From Mycobacteriales bacterium (lineage in GTDB: Bacteria; Actinomycetota; Actinomycetes; JAFAQI01): DNA of 64,000 nt. A program made the translations under genes and the position numbers. Below the pieces are notes generated by a model. That model ran no database searches. It was given only the letters and a program-made list of their open reading frames with translations, and was not told the DNA's origin. Positions 55,129 through 63,834 of this stretch are shown piece after piece; positions within the stretch are counted from its first letter, which is position 1, and each line of letters starts with the position of its first letter. The stretch lies in NCBI GenBank assembly GCA_035550315.1, contig DASZPL010000139.1:11812-75811 (forward strand), in the 5' to 3' direction.

Positions 55129-55974
55129 TCAGTCGGGTTGCGGCGTCGTCAGCGGGGCGTTCTCGTCGCGGGCGAGGTCCAGCGCCTTCGCGACCCGACG
55201 GCGCACGCCGAGCTCGATCATCCGCTGCGCGCCCATCCGCACCGGCAGCACGAAGCCGACCCACCGCGGCGCGTAGACCCGCCGGGCCCGCCGGGCGATG
55301 CCCGCCTCGACCGCGTCGATCGCCACCGAGAGTGGACTGACCTTGGTGAACGGGCTCTTGACCGACAGGTACTCACCCGCTTTCGTCTGCATGCCGCGGC
55401 TGGTCATGTCCGTGTCGATCTCGGCGAAGTAGGCCACGCCGACCATCGCGCCCGACGGCGCCACCTCGGCCCGCATGCAGTCGGCCATCGCCTCGACCGC
55501 TGCCTTCGATGCGCAGTAGGCGCTCATCAGCGGCAGGTGCAGGCCGGCCGCCGCCGACGACGTGACCAGGGCGTAGCCGCCGCGGTGGCTGATGTGCGGG
55601 CCGGCCGCGGCCAGCGTGTAGTAGACGCCGAGCGCGTTGACCGCGAGGGTGCGCTCCATGATCCGGTGGTCGCCGTCGACCATCGTCATCTGCGCGGCGG
55701 TGCCGGCGTTGGCGACGACGACGTCGAGTCCGCCCAGCGCGTCGACCAGCGTGGTCACCGCCCGATTGACCTGCTCGCGGTCGGCGACGTTGCATTCGCA
55801 CCAGGGCGCGTCACCGCACGATTTGGCGACCTCCGCCAGCAGGTCGGGCTCCAGCCCGGCGAGCGCCACCCGCGCGCCGCGCTGGTGCAGCCGCTGGGCG
55901 AGCGCGGCGCCGATGCCCCGTGCGGCGCCCGTGATCAGCACGCGGCGGCCGGCAAGGCTAGCCGTGGAAACCAT
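55129..55974 (-). CDS. SDR-family oxidoreductase
   Basis: 281 aa. LITGAARGIGAA, ANAG, YCASKAA (YxxxK). Confidence 0.9.
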   Translation of the reverse strand: MVSTASLAGRRVLITGAARGIGAALAQRLHQRGARVALAGLEPDLLAEVAKSCGDAPWCECNVADREQVNRAVTTLVDALGGLDVVVANAGTAAQMTMVDGDHRIMERTLAVNALGVYYTLAAAGPHISHRGGYALVTSSAAAGLHLPLMSAYCASKAAVEAMADCMRAEVAPSGAMVGVAYFAEIDTDMTSRGMQTKAGEYLSVKSPFTKVSPLSVAIDAVEAGIARRARRVYAPRWVGFVLPVRMGAQRMIELGVRRRVAKALDLARDENAPLTTPQPD

Positions 55975-56010
55975 GGCCGGACATTATCCCGGCCGGGGTT
56001 TCATAGAGAG

Positions 56011-56961
56011 ATGGCGAACCCCGGCTGGTGGCGGGTGGGCCCGGCGGCCCGGCTGACCGCGGCTGCCGTGGTCTCGGCCGTGCTCGCGGGCGTCGCCTAC
56101 GTGATCTTCGTGCGTACCGGGCTCGGCCAGCGGGTCGACAACGCGGCGCTGGCCGGGTCGCTGCACCAGCTGCCGCAGACCCGGATGGAGGACGCGTCCC
56201 TGCTGCGGCGGATCTCCGCCGACTCGTTCGCCCTCGTGCTCGTCGTCATCGCCGTGATCGGGCTGCTTCGCCGGCGGCCGCGGCTCGGCATCGGGGTCGC
56301 GGTCGCGGCCGGTGTCGCCGTGATCGTCACCGACCTGCTCAAGAGCGACATCCTGACCCGGCCGTTCCTGAGCACGACCGACGGGCTGCTGCCGGTCAAC
56401 AGCTTTCCCAGCGGCCACACCGCAACGGCGATCGCCTGCGCGCTCGCGCTGGTCGTCGTCACGCCGCCGCGCTGGCGCGGCCTGGCGGCGGTGGTCGCCG
56501 GCACCTACGCCTGGTTGATCGCGGCCTGGGTGCAGACCGCCGGCTGGCATCGGCTGAGCGACGCGATCGGCGCGGCCTTCATCGCGTTCAGCGCGGTGGC
56601 GCTGATCGCTGCCCTGGTCGCCGTGTGGCGGCCGGTCGGGACGGTCAGCTCCGCCCGGCAGTGGCCGGCGCAGCTGGTGCTCGGCTTGATCTGGCTCGGC
56701 GCGGTCGGCTACTTCGGCTGGTACGCCGCCAAGGTGCTGCACTTCCTGTCGGTGCACAGCGACGCCACCGCGCTGACCCCCGCCGTACAGAACGACGCCT
56801 ACCAGATCAGCCTGAGCCTCACCGTCGCGATCGTGGTCAGCCTGCTGATGGCCCTGCTCGCGTTGCTCGGCCGGTGCGATCTCGATCAGCCGCGCCCGCT
56901 GCGGATCCGCCGGGGCGCGCCGGCACCGCTGATCGCTTCCCGAGGTTCGGGGGGAGACTGA
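56011..56961 (+). CDS. PAP2-family phosphatase (membrane)
   Basis: From ATG 56011. The three PAP2 motifs: LKSDILTRP, FPSGHTA, WHRLSDAIGA. Multiple TM segments. Confidence 0.85.
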   Translation: MANPGWWRVGPAARLTAAAVVSAVLAGVAYVIFVRTGLGQRVDNAALAGSLHQLPQTRMEDASLLRRISADSFALVLVVIAVIGLLRRRPRLGIGVAVAAGVAVIVTDLLKSDILTRPFLSTTDGLLPVNSFPSGHTATAIACALALVVVTPPRWRGLAAVVAGTYAWLIAAWVQTAGWHRLSDAIGAAFIAFSAVALIAALVAVWRPVGTVSSARQWPAQLVLGLIWLGAVGYFGWYAAKVLHFLSVHSDATALTPAVQNDAYQISLSLTVAIVVSLLMALLALLGRCDLDQPRPLRIRRGAPAPLIASRGSGGD

Positions 56962-56965
56962 GGCC

Positions 56966-57796
56966 ATGGCAGGCACGACGCGGCGGCAGGTGTCCCGGCT
57001 CACGCTGGGCGAAACACCGGTCACCCGCGCCGACACGCTTGCCGTCGAAGAGCCGCTGGAGCTGCGGGTCGGCGGACAGGTCCTGACCGTGACGATGAGG
57101 ACGCCCGGCGCCGACATGGACCTGCTCGCCGGCTTCCTGGTGGCCGAAGGCCTGATCCGGGTGCGCGAGGACCTGCCCACGATGGCGTACTGCGCCGGCA
57201 AGGACGAGTCCGGCCGCAACCGCTATAACGTGCTCGAGGCGACGCTGGCACCCCACCTGCCGCCGCTCCCGCCAGTCGCCGCGCGGGTGTCGCTGACCAC
57301 GAGTGCCTGCGGGCTGTGCGGATCGGCCAGCATCGACGCGGTCCGCAAGCTCACGCCGTACGACCTCGCCGCGGATTCGGTGACCGTGGACCCGGCGTGG
57401 CTGTCGACGCTGCCGGACCGGTTGCGGGCGGCGCAGCAGGTGTTCGAACGCACCGGCGGGCTGCACGCGGCGGCGCTGTTCGACCCGGTCGGCGACCAGC
57501 TGATCGCGGTGCGCGAGGACGTCGGACGGCACAACGCCGTCGACAAGGTGATCGGCTGGGCGCTGCGGGAGGATCGGCTGCCGCTGACCGGCACCGTCCT
57601 GATGGTCTCCGGCCGGGCGTCGTTCGAGTTGACCCAGAAGGCTGCGATCGCCGGCATCCCCGTCATGGCCGCGGTGTCGGCGCCGTCGTCGCTGGCGGTA
57701 GACCTCGCCGCCGAGGTCGGGCTGACCCTGGTCGGGTTCGTGCGCGGTGCGTCGATGGTGGTCTACACGCATGCCACCCGGCTGACACCGCAGTGA
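56966..57796 (+). CDS. fdhD: Formate dehydrogenase accessory sulfurtransferase FdhD
   Basis: 276 aa. Conserved TSACGLCG loop and GRHNAVDKVIG block. Confidence 0.9.
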   Translation: MAGTTRRQVSRLTLGETPVTRADTLAVEEPLELRVGGQVLTVTMRTPGADMDLLAGFLVAEGLIRVREDLPTMAYCAGKDESGRNRYNVLEATLAPHLPPLPPVAARVSLTTSACGLCGSASIDAVRKLTPYDLAADSVTVDPAWLSTLPDRLRAAQQVFERTGGLHAAALFDPVGDQLIAVREDVGRHNAVDKVIGWALREDRLPLTGTVLMVSGRASFELTQKAAIAGIPVMAAVSAPSSLAVDLAAEVGLTLVGFVRGASMVVYTHATRLTPQ

Positions 57797-58377
57797 CCGA
57801 GTACGACGGGGTCGTGCTCGCCGGTGGGTCCGGCTCGCGGCTCGGCGGCAGCGGCAAGCCGACGTTGCGGGTCGGCTCGACCCGGCTCATCGACGTCGCG
57901 ATCGCCGCACTCGCCGGCGCCCGGCGCGTGATCGCGGTGGGCCCAGCCACGCCGACAGCCGCACCGCTGCACTGGACGCGAGAGCAGCCGCCGGGCGGCG
58001 GCCCGGTCGCGGCGCTCGCCGCCGGGCTGCGCGCGGTCACGTCGCCGTGGGTGGTCGTGCTCGCCGCCGACCTGCCGTTCGTGACCGAAGCCGCGGTCGC
58101 GGCGCTCGTCGCCCAGGCCGCCGGCCGGGGCGGCGCACTCGCGGTCGACGACGCCGGCCGCGACCAGCCGCTGCTCGCTTGTTATCGCACCGCGGCGCTG
58201 CACCGCGTGGTGCCGGAGCCGGCCGGCGGCAGGTCGATGCGGGCGCTCGTCAGGGCGCTCGACGCGGGCGCGCCGCTCGCCCGGGTCTCGCTCGAAGGGT
58301 CACCGCCGCCGTGGCGGGACTGTGACACGCCGGATCAGCTCGCGCAGGCGCGGCGCATCGGTGCGGCGCGGGGTTAG
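57793..58377 (+). CDS. mobA: Molybdenum cofactor guanylyltransferase (MobA-like)
   Basis: From GTG 57793 (GTGA overlap with the fdhD stop). VVLAGGSGSRLGG, PGGGP, LAADLPF motifs. Confidence 0.8.
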   Translation: MTEYDGVVLAGGSGSRLGGSGKPTLRVGSTRLIDVAIAALAGARRVIAVGPATPTAAPLHWTREQPPGGGPVAALAAGLRAVTSPWVVVLAADLPFVTEAAVAALVAQAAGRGGALAVDDAGRDQPLLACYRTAALHRVVPEPAGGRSMRALVRALDAGAPLARVSLEGSPPPWRDCDTPDQLAQARRIGAARG

Positions 58378-58447
58378 CCAGACATCGACGCGGGCACCGA
58401 TTCGGCAACTGCCGAGCCCGGCATCCGCATCGCCAAGGAGGTCCACC

Positions 58448-58774
58448 ATGTCGCCCCGGATTTGGAGCCGGAAGCGCGAGCGACAGTACGAGCACATCAA
58501 GGAAGGGCTCCGCGACCGCGGCCGCCCGGAGTCGACCGCCGAGGAGATCGCGGCGCGCACGGTGAACAAGGCGCGGGCCCGCTCGGGCGAGGCCAAGCAA
58601 CGCAGCCGCACCTCGACCGAGGACATCTCATCCGGCCGGCGGGGCGGCCTGCGCTCGCATCGGGGGTCGGGGGGCCGGACCAAGGCGCAGCTGTACGCCG
58701 AGGCGAAGCGGAAAGGCGTCGAGGGCCGCTCGAAGATGTCGAAGGCCGAGCTGGAGCGCGCGGTCGGGCGCTGA
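58448..58774 (+). CDS. Small basic protein with Rho_N/SAP-like C-terminal motif
   Basis: From ATG 58448, preceded by AAGGAGG. C-terminus TKAQLYAEAKRKGVEGRSKMSKAELERAV resembles the Rho N-terminal/SAP motif. Confidence 0.7.
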   Translation: MSPRIWSRKRERQYEHIKEGLRDRGRPESTAEEIAARTVNKARARSGEAKQRSRTSTEDISSGRRGGLRSHRGSGGRTKAQLYAEAKRKGVEGRSKMSKAELERAVGR

Positions 58775-59344
58775 TCAGGGCGGGGCGAGTGACCGGTAGT
58801 CCGCGCGGCTCCGCGGTTTCGCCGACAGCCGGCCGCGGGCGTCGGGCACCTCGATCTTGCGCCCTTCGATGGCGAAGCTGACCCGTTCGATCGGACGGCG
58901 GGCGGTCAGCGTGTAGACGATCTGAGCGACCGCGCGCACCTGGTCGCTGCTGCCGGTGCTCTGCGCGAAGGCGCGCGACAGGTTCACCGATGCGGTGCCG
59001 CCGGCGACCCGCAGCGACAGCAGGGCGGTGCGCGGTGGGATGAAGGTCGCGTCGCCGGCCCGGCTTTGCGCGGGTGTCGGCCCGACCAACAGCTGCCGGA
59101 GGATGTCGGCGGCGACCGGCAGCCCTTGGATGTGGGTCGGCACCGCCGTCAGCCGCTTGCCGTGCACGAAGTACAGCGGGCTCAGCGGGCCGCGTTGCGG
59201 CGCGGTCGGCGTCCGTTGCAGCGGCTGCAGCAGCCCGAACGGCACGCGGGAGCGGTCGATCGGCTGCGGATCGTGACCATGCGGCAGCCCGCAGCCGGCG
59301 CACAACGTCGCCGCCGCCGCAGCCAGCGCGACCAGCCGCCTCAT
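58775..59344 (-). CDS. GerMN-domain lipoprotein (short LpqB-like)
   Basis: Signal plus lipobox-like MRRLVALAAAAATLCAGCG. GerMN-like body (ILRQLLVGPTP...ASVNLS...). The ATG overlaps the kinase stop (ATGA). Confidence 0.7.
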   Translation of the reverse strand: MRRLVALAAAAATLCAGCGLPHGHDPQPIDRSRVPFGLLQPLQRTPTAPQRGPLSPLYFVHGKRLTAVPTHIQGLPVAADILRQLLVGPTPAQSRAGDATFIPPRTALLSLRVAGGTASVNLSRAFAQSTGSSDQVRAVAQIVYTLTARRPIERVSFAIEGRKIEVPDARGRLSAKPRSRADYRSLAPP

Positions 59345-60780
59345 TCCGGCACCACCGGCAGCTCCAGCACGAACCGGGCGCCGCCGCCAGGTCGCGCCTC
59401 GGCGCGCACGGTGCCGCCGTGGACCTCGGCGTGCTCGCGGACGAGCGCCAGTCCCAACCCGCTGCCGCCGCCCGACCCGCGCCGCCGGCCGCCGCTGCCG
59501 CGGGCGAACCGCTCGAAGATCCGCTCGCGCTCCTGCGGCGCGACCCCGGGGCCCTCGTCGTCGACGACGACGGCGATCCCGGCCGGTGATGGTTCGACTG
59601 CGACCGCGGTGACGCCGCCACCGTGCATTCGGGCGTTGTCGAGCAGGTTGCGCAGCGCCTGCTCGAGCCGGCGCTTGTCGCCGGACACGACGGCGTACAG
59701 GCTGGCCGAGTCGATCCGCAGGTCGACCCCGGCGTACTCCTCGCGGTCAAGCAAGTTCAGCACGAGCGCGGACAGCTGCACCGGCTCCGCCTCGAACCGC
59801 GCAGCGCCGGCATCCAGCCGGGAGATCTCGAGCAGGTCGTCGACGAGATGCTCGAACCGGCGCACCTCACCACTGAGCAGGTCGAGCGCGTTGCGGCCGC
59901 GCTCCGACAGCTCGGCCCGGCGGGTCTCGAGCACGCTCACCGCGGTCGACAGCGTGGTCAACGGCGAGCGCAGCTCATGGCTGACGTCGGCGGCGAACCG
60001 GGTATCGCGTTCGATCCGCTGCCGCAGCGAGTCCACCATGCCGTTGAAGCTGGCCACCAAGCCGGCGAGGTCGGGGTCGGACTCGGCGGTCAGCCGGGTC
60101 TCGAGATTGCCCGCGCCGATCCGTGCCGACGCGGCCGTGATCGCTCGCAACGGGTAGGTCAGCCGACGGCTCGCCCACAACCCGAGGCCGGCGCCGGCCA
60201 CCGTGGTGGCGCTGGCGGCCGCGATCAGCACGGTGCGAAGCGTGGTCAGCTCCTGGGACAACGCGGACTGGTCGAACACCTCGAAGTACGCCGCCGGGAT
60301 GGCCGGCAGCGGGACGCCAACCACGAGCTGCGGCGCGCCGTTGATGCGGGTCCACAGCTCCGCCGGCGCGCCGTGCAGCACGGTCGAGCGCATCGGCTTC
60401 GGGATCGAATCCTGCGTCACCAGCAGCGAGGACGACGACCAGCCGGCGCGGTAGACGATCGACTGCGAGGCCGAACCGGTCGCGAGGGCATCGATCACGG
60501 CCTTGACGTTGCTGCCGGGAACTGCCAGCCGGTCACGGACGATCGCCGCGTTGAGGAAGGTCTGGCGCTGCGCCGAGCGGGACGACTGGTGCACCAGGAA
60601 GTGGTAGGTGAAGAAGTAGGCGCTGAGCGCCACTGCCACGGCCACCAGCAGCGCGCCGATCGCGAACGTCAACGTCATGCGAAGCGTCAGCCGCATCCGA
60701 CGACGGGGGGCGGGCTGCGTCGTCCTGGAAGCCGCGCGGAGTCGCGGGCGGAGGGAACGCACGCGGGGGGCGGCCGTCAC
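59341..60780 (-). CDS. Sensor histidine kinase (MtrB-like)
   Basis: Two TM segments plus HAMP, H-box FAADVSHELRSPLTTL, N/G boxes LLDNARMHG, DDEGPGV, GSGLGLALV. Start set at GTG 60780, overlapping the RR stop (GTGA). ATG 60696 is an alternative. Confidence 0.85.
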   Translation of the reverse strand: MTAAPRVRSLRPRLRAASRTTQPAPRRRMRLTLRMTLTFAIGALLVAVAVALSAYFFTYHFLVHQSSRSAQRQTFLNAAIVRDRLAVPGSNVKAVIDALATGSASQSIVYRAGWSSSSLLVTQDSIPKPMRSTVLHGAPAELWTRINGAPQLVVGVPLPAIPAAYFEVFDQSALSQELTTLRTVLIAAASATTVAGAGLGLWASRRLTYPLRAITAASARIGAGNLETRLTAESDPDLAGLVASFNGMVDSLRQRIERDTRFAADVSHELRSPLTTLSTAVSVLETRRAELSERGRNALDLLSGEVRRFEHLVDDLLEISRLDAGAARFEAEPVQLSALVLNLLDREEYAGVDLRIDSASLYAVVSGDKRRLEQALRNLLDNARMHGGGVTAVAVEPSPAGIAVVVDDEGPGVAPQERERIFERFARGSGGRRRGSGGGSGLGLALVREHAEVHGGTVRAEARPGGGARFVLELPVVPE

Positions 60781-61481
60781 GGGTCGAGCTTGTAGCCGAA
60801 CCCTCGCACCGTGACCAGCCGACGGGGATGAGCCGGGTCGTCCTCGATCTTCGACCGCAGCCGCCGGACGTGGACATCCACCAGTCGCGCGTCGCCGAAG
60901 TAGCCGTAGTCCCACACCCGCTCGAGCAGCGCCTCGCGGCTGAACACCCGACCGGGATGCGACGCCATCTCGTAGAGCAGCCGCATCTCAGTTTTGGTCA
61001 GCCGGACGGCGCGGCCGGCGACGCTGACCTCGCCGCTGTCGGGGCGCACCGTCAGGTCCTTGACGGACACGTCGGCCGGATCGGCGACGGCCGGTTCGGC
61101 GGTGGCTGGTCGCACCCGGCGGCGCAGCGCGCGCAACCGCGCGACCAGCTCCGGCACGTCGAACGGCTTGCGGATGTAGTCGTCGGCGCCGGCCTCCAAC
61201 CCGGCGACGACGTCGTGACTGTCGCCGCGGGCGGACACGATGAGGACGGGGACGTCGCTGATCCGGCGCAGCTGCCGGCAGCACTCGAACCCGTCCATCC
61301 CCGGCAGCATCAGGTCGAGTACGACGACTTCGGGCAGCTCGGTCTTGATCTCCGCGAGCGCGGTCTCCCCGTCCGGCGCCTCGCGGACGGCGTACCCGTG
61401 GTCCTCCAGGGCCAGCCGGACGGCGGTGCGGATCCCGTCGTCGTCGTCGACGACCAGGATCGAGCCGGGCACGTCAGCCAT
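60777..61481 (-). CDS. OmpR-family response regulator (MtrA-like)
   Basis: Receiver (ILVVDDDD, VLDLMLPGMDG, IRKP) plus winged helix (LTKTEMRLLYEM...GFGYKL). ATG 61481 chosen. GTG 61529, overlapping the STAS stop, is an alternative. Confidence 0.9.
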   Translation of the reverse strand: MADVPGSILVVDDDDGIRTAVRLALEDHGYAVREAPDGETALAEIKTELPEVVVLDLMLPGMDGFECCRQLRRISDVPVLIVSARGDSHDVVAGLEAGADDYIRKPFDVPELVARLRALRRRVRPATAEPAVADPADVSVKDLTVRPDSGEVSVAGRAVRLTKTEMRLLYEMASHPGRVFSREALLERVWDYGYFGDARLVDVHVRRLRSKIEDDPAHPRRLVTVRGFGYKLDP

Positions 61482-61525
61482 GGTGTCACGGCGGGAAGCG
61501 ATCTCGGCCGGGCGCCGAGCCACGC

Positions 61526-61810
61526 TCACACCCGGTCCATCGACTCCAGCAGCGCCCGGCGGCCGGCCTCGGTCGCGACCTGGATGCCGACACCTTCCTC
61601 GAGCCGCCGCCCGATGGTCAGCCAGTCGGAGATCGCGGCAGCGCCCGAGCGGGTGAAGCCGGTGACGCCGCGCAGATCGAGCTCGACCCGCCGCGGGCAG
61701 TCGTGCTCGACCAGCTCGATCGCGTCCTGGATCGCGCGGCCCGCGGTCGAGTCCAGATCGCCCGCGACCACGAGGCGGGCATGCCGGCCGGGCAGGTAGC
61801 TGACGCTCAT
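61526..61810 (-). CDS. STAS-domain protein (anti-sigma-factor antagonist-like)
   Basis: From ATG 61810 (MSVSYLPGRHARLVVAGDLDSTAGRAIQDAI...LDLRGVTGFTRSGAAAI), the typical SpoIIAA/RsbV pattern. Confidence 0.7.
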   Translation of the reverse strand: MSVSYLPGRHARLVVAGDLDSTAGRAIQDAIELVEHDCPRRVELDLRGVTGFTRSGAAAISDWLTIGRRLEEGVGIQVATEAGRRALLESMDRV

Positions 61811-61991
61811 CGTGACGATGCTGGCGACCCGATGCGACGAACCCGCGCCAGCGAGATGACGATTACGTGACAGTCGCCGGTCATCCAACCGTCACACAAC
61901 CGACCACTCCTTCGACACATCGAACCCGCATAGTGGGGGCACACCCCACGGAACCCGTCGGTCGCCGCGACCCCGAGCCAGAGGAGCCGAG

Positions 61992-62156
61992 ATGCCCAGT
62001 GCCTTCATCGCAGAGCTCCGGGACCAGCTGCGCGCCGCCGAGCGCGCCCTGCGGGAGGCTCGCCGCGCCGGCGACGAGCTGCTGGTCGACGCGATGCGGC
62101 AGCGACTGGCCGATCTGGCGGCGATCGCCCGCCGGCACGGCACGGTCACGCCCTAG
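61992..62156 (+). CDS. Small helical hypothetical protein (54 aa)
   Basis: Below the ORF-track size cut-off and found by eye. GAGGAG lies 5 nt upstream of the ATG. MPSAFIAELRDQLRAAERALREARRAGDELLVDAMRQRLADLAAIARRHGTVTP. G/C-rich third positions. Confidence 0.4.
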   Translation: MPSAFIAELRDQLRAAERALREARRAGDELLVDAMRQRLADLAAIARRHGTVTP

Positions 62157-62164
62157 CGGCAGGC

Positions 62165-62191
62165 TGTCGATTCCTTGGTTCGCCGTTCGTC
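62165..62191 (+). promoter_or_regulatory. Candidate ECF42-type promoter TGTCGA-N17-CGTC upstream of the DGPF/YciI gene
   Basis: TGTCGA at 62165-62170 and CGTC at 62188-62191. This matches my recollection of the ECF42 target motif (-35 TGTCGA, -10 CGTC-like) found upstream of DGPF-protein genes. Confidence 0.5.
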
Positions 62192-62243
62192 GGGATGATG
62201 AGCGGGTCCGGTAGGCGGACCCGGCGAACCGAAGGAGTCAGCC

Positions 62244-62591
62244 GTGGCTGAATACCTCATCCTGATCTACGAGAGTGAAGCCAACTGGGAGCACGTCGAC
62301 CCCTCGACCAGCGACCAGGTGATGAAGGAGCACGTCGCCTTCGGCGAGCAGCACGCTGCCTCGCTGCGCGGCGGCAACGCCTTGGAGCCCACCAGCACGG
62401 CGACCACGATCCGGCGCGACGCCAGCGGCCAGGTCGCCGTGACGGACGGCCCGTTCGCCGAGACCAAGGAGGCGCTCGGCGGCTACTACCTGATCGAGGC
62501 GCCCGATCTCGACAGCGCGATTGCGATCGCCAAGGACGTGCCGGCGCGGTTCGGCGGCGTCGAGGTTCGGCCGATCCGGGTCTTCGACTAG
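62244..62591 (+). CDS. YciI/DGPF-domain family protein
   Basis: 115 aa. YLILIY, VTDGPFAETKE, GGYYLIEA. GAAGGAG SD, GTG start. Confidence 0.85.
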   Translation: MAEYLILIYESEANWEHVDPSTSDQVMKEHVAFGEQHAASLRGGNALEPTSTATTIRRDASGQVAVTDGPFAETKEALGGYYLIEAPDLDSAIAIAKDVPARFGGVEVRPIRVFD

Positions 62592-62601
62592 TCGGTCCGG
62601 C

Positions 62602-63834
62602 ATGCAACCGGACGTCGCCGCGGCGATCGCGGACGCGCACCGGCGTGACTGGGCGTATGCCCTCGCCGCGACGGTGCGCGTCACGCGCGACCTCGATCTC
62701 GCCGAGGAGTGCGTCCAGGACGCCTACGCCAAGGCGATCGACCGGTGGCCGGTCGACGGCGTACCGGCGAAGCCCGGCGCCTGGATCACGACGGTGGCGC
62801 GCCGTCGCGGCCTCGACCTGATCCGGCGGGAGGCGACGCTGCGGCGGCTGCTCCCGCTACTCGTCGAGGACGAGGCGGCCAAACCGCCCGACGTGGACGA
62901 GGACGAACCGTCGATCCCCGACGACCGGCTGCGGCTGATCTTCACCTGCTGCCACCCGGCGCTCGCGGCGGAAACCCAGGTCGCGCTGACGCTGCGGTTC
63001 GTCTGCGGCCTCACCACCGCCGAGGTCGCTCGCGGCTTCCTGATCAGCGAGCCGACGATGGCGGCCCGCCTCACCCGGGCGAAGCGCAAGATCGCGACCG
63101 CCCGGATCCCGTTCCGGATGCCCGCGCCGGACGAGCTGCCGGCCCGGATCGGGGCCGTGCTGACCGTGGTCAACCTGGTCTTCACCACCGGCCACACCGC
63201 GCCGTCGGGCGAAGCATTGGTGCGGGTCGACCTGGTTGAGCGGGCGCGGGACCTCGCTCGGATGCTGCGGGCGCTGCTCCCCGCCGATGCCGACGTTGCC
63301 GGGCTGCTCGCGCTGATCCTGCTCACCGACGCGCGGCGGGCGGCGCGGGTCGACGCCGACGGCCGGCTTACCCGGCTGGCCGACCAGGATCGCAGCCAGT
63401 GGGACGCCGACGCGATCCGCGAAGGGATCGCGCTGGTCAAGGAAGCGTTGCGGCGGCGGCCGCGGTCGCGTTACGCGCTGCTGGCTGCGATCGCCGCCGT
63501 GCACGACCAGGCGCCGAGCTGGGAGGCGACCGACTGGCGGGAGATCGTCGGGCTCTACGACGTGCTCGCCAAGGTGTGGCAGTCGCCGGTGGTCGCGCTC
63601 AACCGTGCGGTGGCCGTCGGGTTGGCGGACGGGCCGGCCGCCGGGCTCGTAGCGCTCGAGCCGCTGGCGACCGAGCCACAGCTCGCCGGCTACGGCTACC
63701 TGGCGGCCGCGCGGGCGGAGTTCCTCAACCAGCTTGGCCGGGAGGACGAGGCCCGGCTGGCCTTCGACGAGGCATTGCTGCTCACCGAGAACGCGGTGGA
63801 GCGGGAGTTCCTCGAGCTTCGGCGAGGCGGATGA
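62602..63834 (+). CDS. ECF sigma factor with long C-terminal TPR-like extension (ECF42-like)
   Basis: From ATG 62602. Region 2 (ECVQDAYAKAI...PGAWITTVARRRGLDLIRR), region 4 (LTLRFVCGLTTAEVARGFLISEPTMAARLTRAKRKI), then an extension of about 220 aa. DGPF gene immediately upstream. Confidence 0.85.
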   Translation: MQPDVAAAIADAHRRDWAYALAATVRVTRDLDLAEECVQDAYAKAIDRWPVDGVPAKPGAWITTVARRRGLDLIRREATLRRLLPLLVEDEAAKPPDVDEDEPSIPDDRLRLIFTCCHPALAAETQVALTLRFVCGLTTAEVARGFLISEPTMAARLTRAKRKIATARIPFRMPAPDELPARIGAVLTVVNLVFTTGHTAPSGEALVRVDLVERARDLARMLRALLPADADVAGLLALILLTDARRAARVDADGRLTRLADQDRSQWDADAIREGIALVKEALRRRPRSRYALLAAIAAVHDQAPSWEATDWREIVGLYDVLAKVWQSPVVALNRAVAVGLADGPAAGLVALEPLATEPQLAGYGYLAAARAEFLNQLGREDEARLAFDEALLLTENAVEREFLELRRGG

